Below, piece by piece: positions 20,533-30,999 of a stretch of DNA of 248,000 nucleotides. Where the stretch lies: NCBI RefSeq assembly GCF_000737315.1, contig NZ_JMCB01000002.1, forward strand, positions 20,001-268,000, in the 5' to 3' direction. Position numbers and translations under genes: made by a program. The notes under the pieces were generated by a model. The model was not told where the DNA came from and did no database searches. It saw only the letters and a list, made by a program, of their open reading frames with translations. This DNA comes from Hyalangium minutum. GTDB lineage: Bacteria > Myxococcota > Myxococcia > Myxococcales > Myxococcaceae. Each line of letters starts with the position of its first letter. Position 1 is the first letter of the stretch.

Positions 20533-22131
20533 ATGGCTACCATCTCCAAGCTCCCTTCTCCTTCGCTTCCGACTTCGACCCCCCGCACCGAGACGGCGCA
20601 GCCTAAGGCCCCGGCCCCGGCTCCTCGCTCGGAGGCCCGCGCGAGCCGCGCGGCGGATGGCTTCGACTCCGCACCCGCGCGCTCGAACTTCGTGGATCGC
20701 CCGGGCAACACCTTCGTGGCGCGCCCCACCGGCCTGCGTCCGGGCTCGCCGCAGCTGAACCCGACGGAGGCCCCCGCGCCCCGCCCGACGCTCTCGCGCC
20801 AGCCGCTGGCCCGCGAGGCGACAGCGCAGACGCTCAAGGCCGAGGCCACGCCGAACCTGGAGGTGAAGGACCTCTCCAAGGTCACCTCCACAGTGAGCTT
20901 CGACAAGGACGTGAGCATCGACTCGCTGAAGCTGTCGATGGACCTGGCGCACACCTACCGGGGCGACCTGAAGGTGACGCTGACGAGCCCCTCGGGGAAG
21001 ACGGCCACCATCAGCGACAAGCAGGGCGGCAGCGCGGACGACCTGAAGGGCACCTTTGACCTGAGCGCCTTCAAGGGTGAGAAGACGAAGGGCACCTGGA
21101 CGCTGACGGTGGAGGACACGGCGCGTTCCGACACGGGCACGCTGAAGAACTGGAGCCTCGAGGCCACGGGCAAGGCCGAGGGCCCGGTGGATCCGAAGCC
21201 GACCCCCAAGGGCCCGCCTGTCGTCGCCATCTTCGACGGCGGCGTGGACTACAAGCACTCGGACTTGGACGGGGCCATGTGGACCAACCCGAACGAAGTC
21301 GAGGGTGACGGCATCGACAACGACGGCAACGGCGTGGCGGACGACATGCACGGCTTCAACGTGGGCTTCAACTCGGGCGACCCGATGAAGGGCGAGGGCA
21401 CGGACCACGGCACGCACGTGGCGGGCATCATCGCCGCCGAGGACAACGGCCAGGGCAACACTGGCGTGGCGGCGGGCAAGGCGCAGGTGCTCTCGGTGGG
21501 CGGCCTCTACGACGGCAATGACTTGCTGACGAACTTCGAGCGCTCGGTGGACTACGTGGTGGGCCTGAAGGACAAGGGCGCCAACATCCGCGCGGTGAAC
21601 GCGAGCTTCGGGGACGAGTACAAGGACGCGGCCTCGCAGGCGCGCTGGAAGGCGGCCATCCAGAAGCTGGCGGACGCTGACATCCTCCTGGTGGCGGCCA
21701 CGGCGAACGGCAACGGCAGCAACATGAACAACGTGCAGGACTTCCCGGCCAACGTGGATCTGCCCAACGTCATCACCGTGGCGTCCATGGACAAGAACAA
21801 CGACAAGCTGGCGCGCTTCTCCTCGCACGGCGACAAGGTGGTGGAGCTGGCCGCAGTGGGCGAGGACGTGCTGAGCACGGTGCCGGGCGGCCGCTGGGAG
21901 AAGATGAGCGGCACCTCCATGGCCACCCCGCGCGTGGCGGCCACCGCGGCGCTCATGTTCGCGGAGAACCCCAACCTCACGGCGGCGCAGGTGCGCGACA
22001 TGCTGGTGAAGACGGTGGAGGTGGATCCGGACCTGAAGGGCAAGGTGAGCACGGGCGGCAAGCTGGACATCGCCGCCGCCGTGGCCGCCGCCCGCGCCGC
22101 CGCGGCCACCTCCTTCGCCGCGCGCCCGTAG
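20533..22131 (+). CDS. S8 subtilisin-like peptidase with proprotein convertase P domain
   Basis: DGGVD, HGTHVAG, SGTSMATP; HTYRGDL P-domain. Confidence 0.9.
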   Translation: MATISKLPSPSLPTSTPRTETAQPKAPAPAPRSEARASRAADGFDSAPARSNFVDRPGNTFVARPTGLRPGSPQLNPTEAPAPRPTLSRQPLAREATAQTLKAEATPNLEVKDLSKVTSTVSFDKDVSIDSLKLSMDLAHTYRGDLKVTLTSPSGKTATISDKQGGSADDLKGTFDLSAFKGEKTKGTWTLTVEDTARSDTGTLKNWSLEATGKAEGPVDPKPTPKGPPVVAIFDGGVDYKHSDLDGAMWTNPNEVEGDGIDNDGNGVADDMHGFNVGFNSGDPMKGEGTDHGTHVAGIIAAEDNGQGNTGVAAGKAQVLSVGGLYDGNDLLTNFERSVDYVVGLKDKGANIRAVNASFGDEYKDAASQARWKAAIQKLADADILLVAATANGNGSNMNNVQDFPANVDLPNVITVASMDKNNDKLARFSSHGDKVVELAAVGEDVLSTVPGGRWEKMSGTSMATPRVAATAALMFAENPNLTAAQVRDMLVKTVEVDPDLKGKVSTGGKLDIAAAVAAARAAAATSFAARP

Positions 22132-22134
22132 TCC

Positions 22135-22521
22135 TCAGTGGGAGGCGGTGACTTCCGGGCAGTGACGCCGGGTGATGCTGACGAACTCCTGGAGCTGGAA
22201 GGGCTTCTCGAGGAGGCCCACGGCCTTCATCTCCTGAGCGATCGGCGTCAGGTCCCGGAACGCGGAGATGACCACCACGGGGATGGACGCCAGCTCGGGG
22301 GTGCGCAGCTGCTCCTGCCGGAAGGCGCGGCCGTCCATCCGGGGCATCATCAGGTCCAGGAAGATGAGGCAGGGCTGGGGCCCGGGGCCGCGCAGCCGGT
22401 CCAGCGCCTCGAGCCCGTTCTCGGCGCCCACGGCCTCATAGCCCTGGTCCTCCAGAATCTCGAGGAGGCTCTCACGGATCTCCAGGTCGTCCTCGACGAT
22501 CAGGACGCGGTGGGACTTCAT
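22135..22521 (-). CDS. Response regulator receiver protein
   Basis: VEDD, LDLMMP, KPF. Confidence 0.9.
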   Translation of the reverse strand: MKSHRVLIVEDDLEIRESLLEILEDQGYEAVGAENGLEALDRLRGPGPQPCLIFLDLMMPRMDGRAFRQEQLRTPELASIPVVVISAFRDLTPIAQEMKAVGLLEKPFQLQEFVSITRRHCPEVTASH

Positions 22522-24104
22522 GCGGGCAGCTCCTCGGAAGAAGTGCGCTCGGGCTCGGGGTGCACGCTGGGGGCCAGCGGCAGCCGGACCGTGAAGCAGG
22601 CCCCGCCCTCGGGCAGGTTGTGCGCGGTCACCATTCCATCGTGCGCCTTGACGATCTCCCGGACGACGTAGAGGCCGAGCCCCAGGCCTCCGTAGTGGCG
22701 TATCTCGGCGGCGCGCTCGAAGCGGTCGAAGATGCGGGACAGGGCGTCCTCCGGGATGCCCGGGCCCCGGTCGCGCACGTCGATGACCGCCGTCTCTCCG
22801 TCCTGGGCGAGCGACACCTCGATGGGCGCACCGGCCGCGTACTTGAGGGCGTTGGACACCAGGTTGCTCACCACCTGCTCCAGGCGCAGCCGGTCCCAGG
22901 TGCCCACGATGGAAGCGCCCGTGCGCAGGGTGAGCGCACAGCCCGCGCGGGTGGCGGCGTCCCGGAAGCGCTCGGCGGCCTCGCTCACGGCCTCGGTGAG
23001 CTCGAAGCGCTGCAGGCTCAGCTCGAAGTGGCCCGTGGAGATGCGCGAGACGTCCAGCAGTGTCTCGACGAGGTCGGTCAGCCGCTCGGTGCTCCGGGCG
23101 GCCCGGTCAATCTTCGTCACCACCCGCTTCTCCAGCTCGTCGCTGCGCTGACGCAAGCCCTGCAGCTGGAGCTGGAGCGCGGTGAGGGGCGTCTTGAGCT
23201 CATGCGAGGCAATGGAGAGGAACTCGTCCCGCAGGCGGATGGCCTCCTGCGCCTGGGCCAGTCGCAGCTGCTCCTGCGCCATCCGCCGGCGCTCGGTCAA
23301 ATCCCGCGTCACCTTGGCGAAGCCGATGTGCTTGCCCGTGCTGTCGCGCAGCACGGTGAGGATGACGCTGGCCCAGAAGCGGGAGCCGTCCTTGCGCACC
23401 CGCCAGCCCTCCTCCTCGTAGCGGCCCTCTCGCAACGTGATCTCCAGCTCGCGCTCGCACTTGCTGGAGCGGACGTCCTCCTCCGGGTAGAAGCGGGTGA
23501 AGTGCTGGCCGATGATTTCCTGAGCCGTGTAGCCTTTGATGCGCTCGGCACCGGGGTTCCACGTCATCACATGGCCCTGGGTGTCCAGCATGAAGATGGC
23601 GTAGTCCTTCACGCCATCGACGAGCAGGCGGAAGCGCTCCTCGCTCAGTCGCAGCTGCTCCTCCGCGAGCCGGCGCTCCGTGAGATCCCGCGTGACCTTG
23701 GAGAAGCCAATCAGCCGCCCTGAGGCATCCCTCATGGCCGACAGCACCACATTGGCCCAGAAGGGGGTACCGTCCTTGCGCACCCGCCAGCCCTCGTACT
23801 CGAAGCGCCCCTCCTCTGCGGCCCGCTTCAGGTGCAGCTGGGGCTTGCCGATGTGCTGATCCTCCGGCGTGTAGAAGCGCGAGAAGTGCTGGCCGATGAT
23901 CTCTTCGGCGCGGTAACCCTTGGTGCGCTCGGCACCGGGGTTCCAGGTCAGGATTCTCCCCTGGGGATCCAGCATGAAGATGGCGTAATCGCGGACGCTC
24001 TCAATGAGCATCCGCCAGGGGCCCTGGTCATTCCATAAGGGGGGGAGGGCTTCTGCCACGGAGCGATCCTGCCGCGGAGCGACTGTCCGCTCGTCGTCGG
24101 TCAT
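22518..24104 (-). CDS. PAS/PAC sensor histidine kinase
   Basis: Two PAS-PAC repeats; ASHELKTPL; HATPase. Confidence 0.9.
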   Translation of the reverse strand: MTDDERTVAPRQDRSVAEALPPLWNDQGPWRMLIESVRDYAIFMLDPQGRILTWNPGAERTKGYRAEEIIGQHFSRFYTPEDQHIGKPQLHLKRAAEEGRFEYEGWRVRKDGTPFWANVVLSAMRDASGRLIGFSKVTRDLTERRLAEEQLRLSEERFRLLVDGVKDYAIFMLDTQGHVMTWNPGAERIKGYTAQEIIGQHFTRFYPEEDVRSSKCERELEITLREGRYEEEGWRVRKDGSRFWASVILTVLRDSTGKHIGFAKVTRDLTERRRMAQEQLRLAQAQEAIRLRDEFLSIASHELKTPLTALQLQLQGLRQRSDELEKRVVTKIDRAARSTERLTDLVETLLDVSRISTGHFELSLQRFELTEAVSEAAERFRDAATRAGCALTLRTGASIVGTWDRLRLEQVVSNLVSNALKYAAGAPIEVSLAQDGETAVIDVRDRGPGIPEDALSRIFDRFERAAEIRHYGGLGLGLYVVREIVKAHDGMVTAHNLPEGGACFTVRLPLAPSVHPEPERTSSEELPA

Positions 24105-24246
24105 CTGTACTCCGGCTCGAGGATGCGCTGGCTAGGCAGACAAGGTACTGCCCGCTTCCAATCTGGGTTCGCAAGATGCGAGAAACAACCCCGATCTTCG
24201 TAAAAACATTGAACCATCAAAGATCTATTGGATCTTCCGGAGTCAC

Positions 24247-26058
24247 ATGAGTCGCTCGCGCAGGGAGTTTCTGACCAGTACCGCACTGGGCGTGGCCGGA
24301 GTGGCCGCGGCCGTTACCGCAGAGGCGGCACCTTCCGATGCGGGTGTTCCGGCGGCAGCGCCTGCTGGTGCACCGCCCGCGTTTGGGACTGCACCCTCCG
24401 TGGGGCCTGGGGTGAGCGCGGCCACCTTCGCGGAGGCGGAGAAGCTGGTGCAGGTGCAGCTCACTCCAGCGGAGAGGGCTCAGGCGGCCAGCAACTGGCG
24501 CGAGATGATGGCCCCGCTCTACGAGTTCCGCACGGGGCCCCGCCGCGCGAAGCTGGAGCCGGAGGTGGCGCCCGCCTCGCGGTGGGACCCCTTGCTCCCT
24601 GGGCTCGCCAGCGGGCCTGCGCGCAACCGCTTCGTGCGGAGCAAGGCCTCGCCCGGGCCATTGCCGGGGAAGGATGAGGACATCGCCTTCGCGCCCGTCA
24701 CGGCGCTCTCGAGGTGGCTCGAGTCCCGGGCGCTGAGCTCGGAGCGGCTCACGCGCATCTACCTGGAGCGGCTGCAGCGCTTCGATCCGAAGCTGAAGTG
24801 CGTCATCACCCTGACGCCGGAGCTGGCGCTGGAGCAGGCCCGGCGCGCGGACAAGGAGATTGCCGCGGGCAAGTATCGCGGTCCGCTGCACGGCATCCCC
24901 TGGGGCGCGAAAGACTTGGTGGACACGGCGAACATTCCCACCACCTACGGCGCCGAGCCGTTCCGCAACCGCGTGCCCACCGCGGATGCGACGGTGGTGG
25001 ACCGGCTGCACCGTGCGGGCGCGGTGCTGGTGGCCAAGCTGAGCCTGGGCGCGCTGGCGCTCAATGACGTCTGGTTCGGCGGCGAGACGAAGAACCCGTG
25101 GCTCTTGGAGGAGGGCTCCTCGGGCAGCAGTGCGGGGCCGGGCGCGGCGACGGCGGCGGGCCTCGTGGGCTTCTCGCTGGGGAGCGAGACGGGAGGCAGC
25201 ATCATCTCGCCGTCCATGCGCTGTGGCATCACCGGCCTGCGGCCCACGTTTGGCCGCGTGCCGCGCACTGGCGCGATGACGCTGTGCTGGTCGCTGGACA
25301 AGCTCGGGCCGATGACGCGCGGGGTGGAGGACTCGCTGCTGGTGCTCCAGGCGCTCTCCGGGCCGGACGCGGGCGATGTGGACAGCGTGCCGAGCGCGCT
25401 GGACTTCGACGCCACCGCCGGCGTGAAGGGCCTGCGCGTGGGTTATTTCCCAACGTGGATGGAGGACTTCCCCGCGACGGACGTGGACCGCGCCGCGCTG
25501 GAGACGCTGAAGCGGCTGGGGCTGAAGCCGGTGGAAGTCACGCTGCCGGACTGGCCGTACATCTCACTGATGATCATCCTCTTCGCCGAGGCGGCGGCGG
25601 CCTTCGAGGAGCTCACGCTGAGCCACGGCGTGGACGCGCTGAAGATGCAGGTGCCGGACGCGTGGCCGAACCTCTTCCGCCAAGCGCGCTTCCTGTCGGC
25701 GGTGGACCTCATCCAAGCGGATCGGCTGCGGCGCAAGGTGGCGCAGGAGATGGTGCGGGTGATGAAGGAGGTGGACCTGCTGCTGGTGCCCTCGCTGCAG
25801 CTCGACATGCTCACGATCAGCAACTTCACGGGGCACCCCTCGCTGACGCTGCGCACGGGTTTCGTGGAGGTGGATCAGGCCCGGAGCGACTGGGCGCCGG
25901 ACCCCGCGCGGCCGCTGCCGAAGTTCTCGCCCATGCGGCGGGTTCCGCACGGCGTCACGCTCATCGGGCGGCTGTTCGACGAGGGGACGCTGGGCCGGGT
26001 GGGCATGGCCCTGGAGAGGGCCTCGGGTGTCGCGGGTGAACGGCCCCCGGGCTTCTGA
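24247..26058 (+). CDS. Amidase with Tat-like signal
   Basis: SRREF; GSSGSSAG; GSETGGSI. Confidence 0.85.
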   Translation: MSRSRREFLTSTALGVAGVAAAVTAEAAPSDAGVPAAAPAGAPPAFGTAPSVGPGVSAATFAEAEKLVQVQLTPAERAQAASNWREMMAPLYEFRTGPRRAKLEPEVAPASRWDPLLPGLASGPARNRFVRSKASPGPLPGKDEDIAFAPVTALSRWLESRALSSERLTRIYLERLQRFDPKLKCVITLTPELALEQARRADKEIAAGKYRGPLHGIPWGAKDLVDTANIPTTYGAEPFRNRVPTADATVVDRLHRAGAVLVAKLSLGALALNDVWFGGETKNPWLLEEGSSGSSAGPGAATAAGLVGFSLGSETGGSIISPSMRCGITGLRPTFGRVPRTGAMTLCWSLDKLGPMTRGVEDSLLVLQALSGPDAGDVDSVPSALDFDATAGVKGLRVGYFPTWMEDFPATDVDRAALETLKRLGLKPVEVTLPDWPYISLMIILFAEAAAAFEELTLSHGVDALKMQVPDAWPNLFRQARFLSAVDLIQADRLRRKVAQEMVRVMKEVDLLLVPSLQLDMLTISNFTGHPSLTLRTGFVEVDQARSDWAPDPARPLPKFSPMRRVPHGVTLIGRLFDEGTLGRVGMALERASGVAGERPPGF

Positions 26059-26167
26059 TCCGGCCAGTCCACATTTCCGGCAGGATTCCGTTGCAACCCG
26101 GGGCGTTGGTCACTACGTCGGGAGCGCTCAGTCGTAGGCACTCCACCCGAAGTAAATCGAGGACACC

Positions 26168-26602
26168 ATGGCTCCTGTCACCATCACCCCCCTGTACACC
26201 GCCACCGCGACCTCTCACGGTGGCCGCAATGGCCGCGTGAAGTCGTCGGACAGCGTGCTGGACCTGCCGCTGGCGATGCCCAAGGAGCTGGGTGGGCCGG
26301 GCGGTGCGGTCACCAACCCCGAGCAGCTCTTCGCGGCGGGCTACTCCGCGTGCTTCGAGGGCGCGCTCCGGCTGGTGGCGGGCAAGCAGGGCAAGAACGT
26401 GAAGGACGCGAGCATCACCGCGCAGGCCACCATCGGCAAGACGCCGGATGGGGGCTTCGGGCTGGCGGTGGAGCTCAAGGGCAAGCTGCCCGGCCTCTCC
26501 AAGGAAGAGGCCGAGAAGCTCATGCACGACGCGCATCAGGTGTGCCCGTACTCCAAGGCCACGCGCGACAACATCAACGTGACGCTCTCCGTGGAGAGCT
26601 GA
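26168..26602 (+). CDS. ohr: Organic hydroperoxide resistance protein
   Basis: NPEQLFAAGYSACF; HQVCPYSKA. Confidence 0.95.
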   Translation: MAPVTITPLYTATATSHGGRNGRVKSSDSVLDLPLAMPKELGGPGGAVTNPEQLFAAGYSACFEGALRLVAGKQGKNVKDASITAQATIGKTPDGGFGLAVELKGKLPGLSKEEAEKLMHDAHQVCPYSKATRDNINVTLSVES

Positions 26603-26611
26603 GCCGGGCGG

Positions 26612-26959
26612 CTACTCCGCCTCCGGCTCCGCATCCACTTCGAAGCGGGACACCTCGCTGAAGACCTGGCGCCGGAGGCGGGTGACGTAACCGAACATCC
26701 GGTCCGAGTCCGCTCGCAGGCGCTTCGCCGCATCGCTGGCGGCGTAGCGCTCGACGGCCTCGGTGCTGGCCATCTCGTAGTGGCACACGTAGCGCGCCCA
26801 CCCATCCTCCGCGGCCGCCGTGTCCTTCCACTTGCGGCACGAGAGGAAGCCCGGCTGGCGCAGCACCTCCGGGACGTGGTGCTGCTCGTGCCACTCGTTC
26901 CAGGCGGCCTCGGAGTTCTGAGCCACCTCGATGGTGACGACGTAGAGCGCGGGCTTCAC
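26612..26959 (-). CDS. DUF4286-like (dimeric alpha-beta barrel) protein
   Basis: WNEWHEQHHVPEVLRQPGF. Confidence 0.7.
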   Translation of the reverse strand: MKPALYVVTIEVAQNSEAAWNEWHEQHHVPEVLRQPGFLSCRKWKDTAAAEDGWARYVCHYEMASTEAVERYAASDAAKRLRADSDRMFGYVTRLRRQVFSEVSRFEVDAEPEAE

Positions 26960-28149
26960 TTCGCGCCTCCGGCCCAGGTGCCCCAGTCCGAGAGCTGCTG
27001 GGTGAACGTGGGCTTGCGGCTCTTGCCCTCCACGCGCTCCACCGTCTCTCCCAGCGCGCCGAAGCGGGCCTGGTAATGCAGCCCATCCAGCGTGGAGTCC
27101 CACGGCTCCGCGGCGTAGAACTCCGAGCGGAGCTGCTGCGCACCGTCGGACTTCTCGGACGTCTCGAAGATGAGCGAGGGGACCTTGCGGCCCTTCACGT
27201 CCAGGGTGCCGCGGCGGTTCGGGGAACCCGTGTACCGAGGCGTGCGGAGCTGATCGGCCATCCAGGGGGCGAGCGAGTGCAGGAACTCCTCGACGGGCAC
27301 CACCTCGGCATTGGCGAAGCTCGGGCAGGGAGCGCCGCTGGTGGGAGCGGGGCCGACGCTCGTGAGCAGGAAGCCGCGCTCGGCGGCGAGGCAGGTGCGG
27401 TTGACCTCTTCACCGGTGCCCGGGTTCAGGCGGGAGTCGGACCAGGTGCCCGGGCCCAGCGGGTACTGCAGCGAGGGAGCCGTGCCCGTGCTGCCCTCGG
27501 CGCCCTGGCGGAACTCCACGAGGGTGAGCTGGTGGCCGCCGCTCGCGCCGAAGCCGGACAGGGTGGTGCTGGCGGAGAGCAGCCCATTCGTCAGGTACAG
27601 CGGGCCCGGGTTCGAGGCGTAGAGGCGGTTCTCCAGCGGGCCATCCACGGGCCGCTTGTCCTCGGTGTAGCGCTTGGCCTCCCAGGTGCGGCCGCCGGCC
27701 GAGAGCTCCTCGGTGCTCTCGGTGCCTCCGCGGGTCCATTCCAGGGAGCGCGAGGCCTCCGTGCTCATGGGGAAGACGAGCTCCTTCGACAGCGGCAGGC
27801 TCGAGCTGGGCTTGCCCGCCTCATCGCTCGTGGAGAGCTTCAGCCAGACCCAAGGAGCTTGGACGGCGACCACCTCCAACGCCAGCCGCCCGGCGACGCG
27901 CGCCTCGGTCTTCGCGCCGACGTTCGCGCGGTTGGCAGTGAAGGCATACACGACGCGGTCGCCCACGCGGGCGGTGTGCCACGGGGTGGTGCCCGAGGAG
28001 GGAGGCGGCGTGTTCGTCATGGGCTCGGTCTGAGGCGGCTCGGTGGCGGTGCCATCGGGTTGCGTCTGAGAGGACGTGGTGGCGCAGCCGGCGAGAACTC
28101 CGAGCGCCGCGGCGCCCACGAGGGACAGGAACGAGGAGCGGGGATGCAT
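26956..28149 (-). CDS. Lipoprotein of unknown function
   Basis: Lipobox LAGC. Confidence 0.6.
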   Translation of the reverse strand: MHPRSSFLSLVGAAALGVLAGCATTSSQTQPDGTATEPPQTEPMTNTPPPSSGTTPWHTARVGDRVVYAFTANRANVGAKTEARVAGRLALEVVAVQAPWVWLKLSTSDEAGKPSSSLPLSKELVFPMSTEASRSLEWTRGGTESTEELSAGGRTWEAKRYTEDKRPVDGPLENRLYASNPGPLYLTNGLLSASTTLSGFGASGGHQLTLVEFRQGAEGSTGTAPSLQYPLGPGTWSDSRLNPGTGEEVNRTCLAAERGFLLTSVGPAPTSGAPCPSFANAEVVPVEEFLHSLAPWMADQLRTPRYTGSPNRRGTLDVKGRKVPSLIFETSEKSDGAQQLRSEFYAAEPWDSTLDGLHYQARFGALGETVERVEGKSRKPTFTQQLSDWGTWAGGAK

Positions 28150-28150
28150 C

Positions 28151-28879
28151 TCAGCTTTCCTTGCAGGGGTTGAGGGGAGACATGAAGGTGCGAATGGCCT
28201 CGGGGTCCACGGGGGTCCCCTTGAGATCGAGAGAGTCGAGCGGCGCTTCGGGGTCCGGATCCTCGCCCATCCAGAAGGCCATGCGCAGCTGCGTCTGGCC
28301 TGGGCACTCGAGGAAGAGGACGGAGTTCAGCCCGTGGTCCGTGCTCTTCTGATTCTGGGCGGACAGCTCACCGCGCTGGGTGACGTAGAGCACGCGCCGG
28401 CCATCGGAGAGCGGGACGATGCCTCGGCCGATGATCTCTCCCTGGCCGACATGCACGCCGTTGCGGGTGAGCACCGAGGTGTCGTCGGACTTGCCCTCGA
28501 CGTACTGGCGCAGCTTCTGCTGGTCGGAGGCGGAGGACATCTTGAGGAACATGTAGACGAAGACACGCACCTCCTCCTTGGGGCCGGTGGTGGGGGCGTC
28601 CGGAGAGCGCGTGCTGAGGACGGCCATGTCCATGATGGCGGGCACGCTGAGGGACATGACGGCGAAGTAGCCATCCGGCAGCGTGTCGGCGCCCAGGGTC
28701 TTCTTCACCATGGCGGTGCGCGTGACGGGGTTGGAGAGGTCCGCTGCGTATTCCTCTCCCTTCTTGAACATGAACGAGATGGCCACCACGACGGCCACGA
28801 TGGACAGCAACAGCAGAGCGCCGCAGCCGATGCCGACATACAGCCACGGTGAGCGCTTCTTGGGCGCAGCAGGTTCCAT
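28151..28879 (-). CDS. Single-pass membrane protein
   Basis: KKRSPWLYVGIGCG N-terminal TM. Confidence 0.6.
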   Translation of the reverse strand: MEPAAPKKRSPWLYVGIGCGALLLLSIVAVVVAISFMFKKGEEYAADLSNPVTRTAMVKKTLGADTLPDGYFAVMSLSVPAIMDMAVLSTRSPDAPTTGPKEEVRVFVYMFLKMSSASDQQKLRQYVEGKSDDTSVLTRNGVHVGQGEIIGRGIVPLSDGRRVLYVTQRGELSAQNQKSTDHGLNSVLFLECPGQTQLRMAFWMGEDPDPEAPLDSLDLKGTPVDPEAIRTFMSPLNPCKES

Positions 28880-28946
28880 GGTGTCCTCCCCTCGGGCGAC
28901 TTGATACACCGAGGAGCGCCGAAGATCCCCAATTCCTGGAGGCCTC

Positions 28947-30935
28947 ATGCCCGCAGCCCTGCCGATTCGTCGTGTTGTCCTCTACAAGCACGGGGTGGGT
29001 TACTTCGAGCGCAAGGGCCAGGTGAACGGCTCCGAGGCCCTGCACCTGGACTTCAAGGCGCGCGAGATGAACGACGTGCTGAAGTCGATGACGGTGCTGG
29101 ACCTTTCGGGTGGCACGGTATCGGCGGTGAGCTACGACTCGACGAAGCCGCTGGAGCAGCTGCTGAAGGAGGCCACCATCCGCATCCCCGAGACCGGCAG
29201 CCTGACGGCGCTGCTGGGGCAAATCAAAGGCGCACGGGTGCGGGCGCGCATCGGCGGCAAGGAGGGGGTGGAGGGCATCATCGTCGGGATGGAGTCGCTG
29301 CCGGTGGTGGAGGGCAAGGCGTCCGTGGTGCGGCCGTTCCTATCGCTGCTGGTGGACGGAGCGCTGCGCACGTTCGACGTGCTGGAGCTGGGGGCGCTGG
29401 AGTTCCTGGATGACGCTGTGCGCAAGGACCTGGAGTTCTACCTGGCGACGGTGCTGTCTTCGTACAAGAAGGACAGCAAGCGGATGTCCATCCTCACGGC
29501 GGGGGAGGGCCAGCGGGAGCTCTTCGTGAGCTACGTGGTGGAGGCGCCGGTATGGAAGACGAGCTACCGGATTCTCCTGGAGGAGAACGAGAAGCCGCTG
29601 CTGCAGGGCTGGGCGCTGGTGGACAACACGGGGGACGAGGACTGGGTGGACGTGGAGCTGGCGCTGATCGCCGGGCTGCCTGTGTCCTTCGTGCATGACT
29701 TGTACAACCCCCGGTACATGAAGCGGCCCATCGTGGAGGTGGTGACGGAGGCGGCCGCCGCGCCCGTCATCCCCGAGGAGGCGCTGGGGGAGATGGACCG
29801 GGCCTCTTTCGGAGGGCTCCAGCAGGAAAAGGAGTACGCGACGCTCGGGGCCCCGGCGATGCAGGCGCCGGCGAGGGGTGGGCGGATGAAGGGCGGAATG
29901 GGGATGCGGGAGGCGGCGGAGCGCAGCGTGGAGGTGAAGACGCTGACGAAGGAGGTGGGGGATCTGTTCGAGTACCGGGTGGGTCATCCGGTGACGGTGC
30001 ACCGCAACCAGAGCGCGCTGGTGCCCATCCTGCAGCGGCCGTTCGAGGGGCGCCGGGTGCTGCTCTACAACCGGTCCACGCGCGAGAAGAACCCCATGGC
30101 GTGTATCGAGTTCACGAACACGACGGGGCTGACGCTGGAGGGCGGGCCGGTGACGGTGTTGGAGGCGGAAACGTACGTGGGCGAGGCGATGCTCGACACG
30201 ATGAAGCCGGACGACAAGCGCTTCGTGCCGTACGCGGTGGAGCTGAGCTGTGTCGTGACGCCGGTGGACTCGACGGAGAACGGGCCGGTGTTCCGGGTGG
30301 TGGTGGACCGGGGAGTGATGGTGGTGGAGCACTACCTGTTCCGGAAGATGACGTACACGGTGCGGAACAAGGGGAAGCGGCCGGCCACGCTCTACCTGGA
30401 GCACCCGCGCCTGGGGGGAGGGGAGCTGAAGGACACGCCCGCGCCGGCGGAGACGACGGAGGGCTTCTGGCGCTTCAAGCTGGAGCTGGCGCCGGGGGCG
30501 AGCGTGGAGCTCCCGGTGACGGAGCGCACGCGGGGGACGGAGCAGTACCACCTGAGCTCCATCCAGAGCGAGCACGTGATGCTCTTCGTGAAGAAGCGCT
30601 ACGTGGACACGAAGCTGGCGGAGGCGCTGAGGGAGATCCTCGCGCTGAAGGATCGGGTGGCGAAGCTGACGCAGGAGGAGCAGCAGCTGACGAACGAGCG
30701 GACGGAGCTCTTCAAGGACCAGGAGCGCATCCGGTCGAACATCGAGTCACTCAAGAGCGGAGCCACGCAGCGGGAGCTGGCCGAGCGCTTCGTGTCGAAG
30801 CTGAGCGAGCAGGAGAACCGGCTGGACGCTATCGGTGCCGCGCTAGAGAGACTCACCCGGGAGCGCAAGGCAGCCAACGAGGAGATCGTCCGCCGCATCC
30901 AGTCGCTGAGCTACTCAGCGGACGCGGAGGCGTAG
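28947..30935 (+). CDS. DUF4139 domain protein
   Basis: VVLYKHGVGYFER; DNTGDEDWVDVELALIAG. Confidence 0.75.
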   Translation: MPAALPIRRVVLYKHGVGYFERKGQVNGSEALHLDFKAREMNDVLKSMTVLDLSGGTVSAVSYDSTKPLEQLLKEATIRIPETGSLTALLGQIKGARVRARIGGKEGVEGIIVGMESLPVVEGKASVVRPFLSLLVDGALRTFDVLELGALEFLDDAVRKDLEFYLATVLSSYKKDSKRMSILTAGEGQRELFVSYVVEAPVWKTSYRILLEENEKPLLQGWALVDNTGDEDWVDVELALIAGLPVSFVHDLYNPRYMKRPIVEVVTEAAAAPVIPEEALGEMDRASFGGLQQEKEYATLGAPAMQAPARGGRMKGGMGMREAAERSVEVKTLTKEVGDLFEYRVGHPVTVHRNQSALVPILQRPFEGRRVLLYNRSTREKNPMACIEFTNTTGLTLEGGPVTVLEAETYVGEAMLDTMKPDDKRFVPYAVELSCVVTPVDSTENGPVFRVVVDRGVMVVEHYLFRKMTYTVRNKGKRPATLYLEHPRLGGGELKDTPAPAETTEGFWRFKLELAPGASVELPVTERTRGTEQYHLSSIQSEHVMLFVKKRYVDTKLAEALREILALKDRVAKLTQEEQQLTNERTELFKDQERIRSNIESLKSGATQRELAERFVSKLSEQENRLDAIGAALERLTRERKAANEEIVRRIQSLSYSADAEA

Positions 30936-30999
30936 AGCCCGGGGAACCTGGCAGCCAGTTGGAGGGGCCTGCCCAGGGTGGTAGGTTCTCCCTCATCCC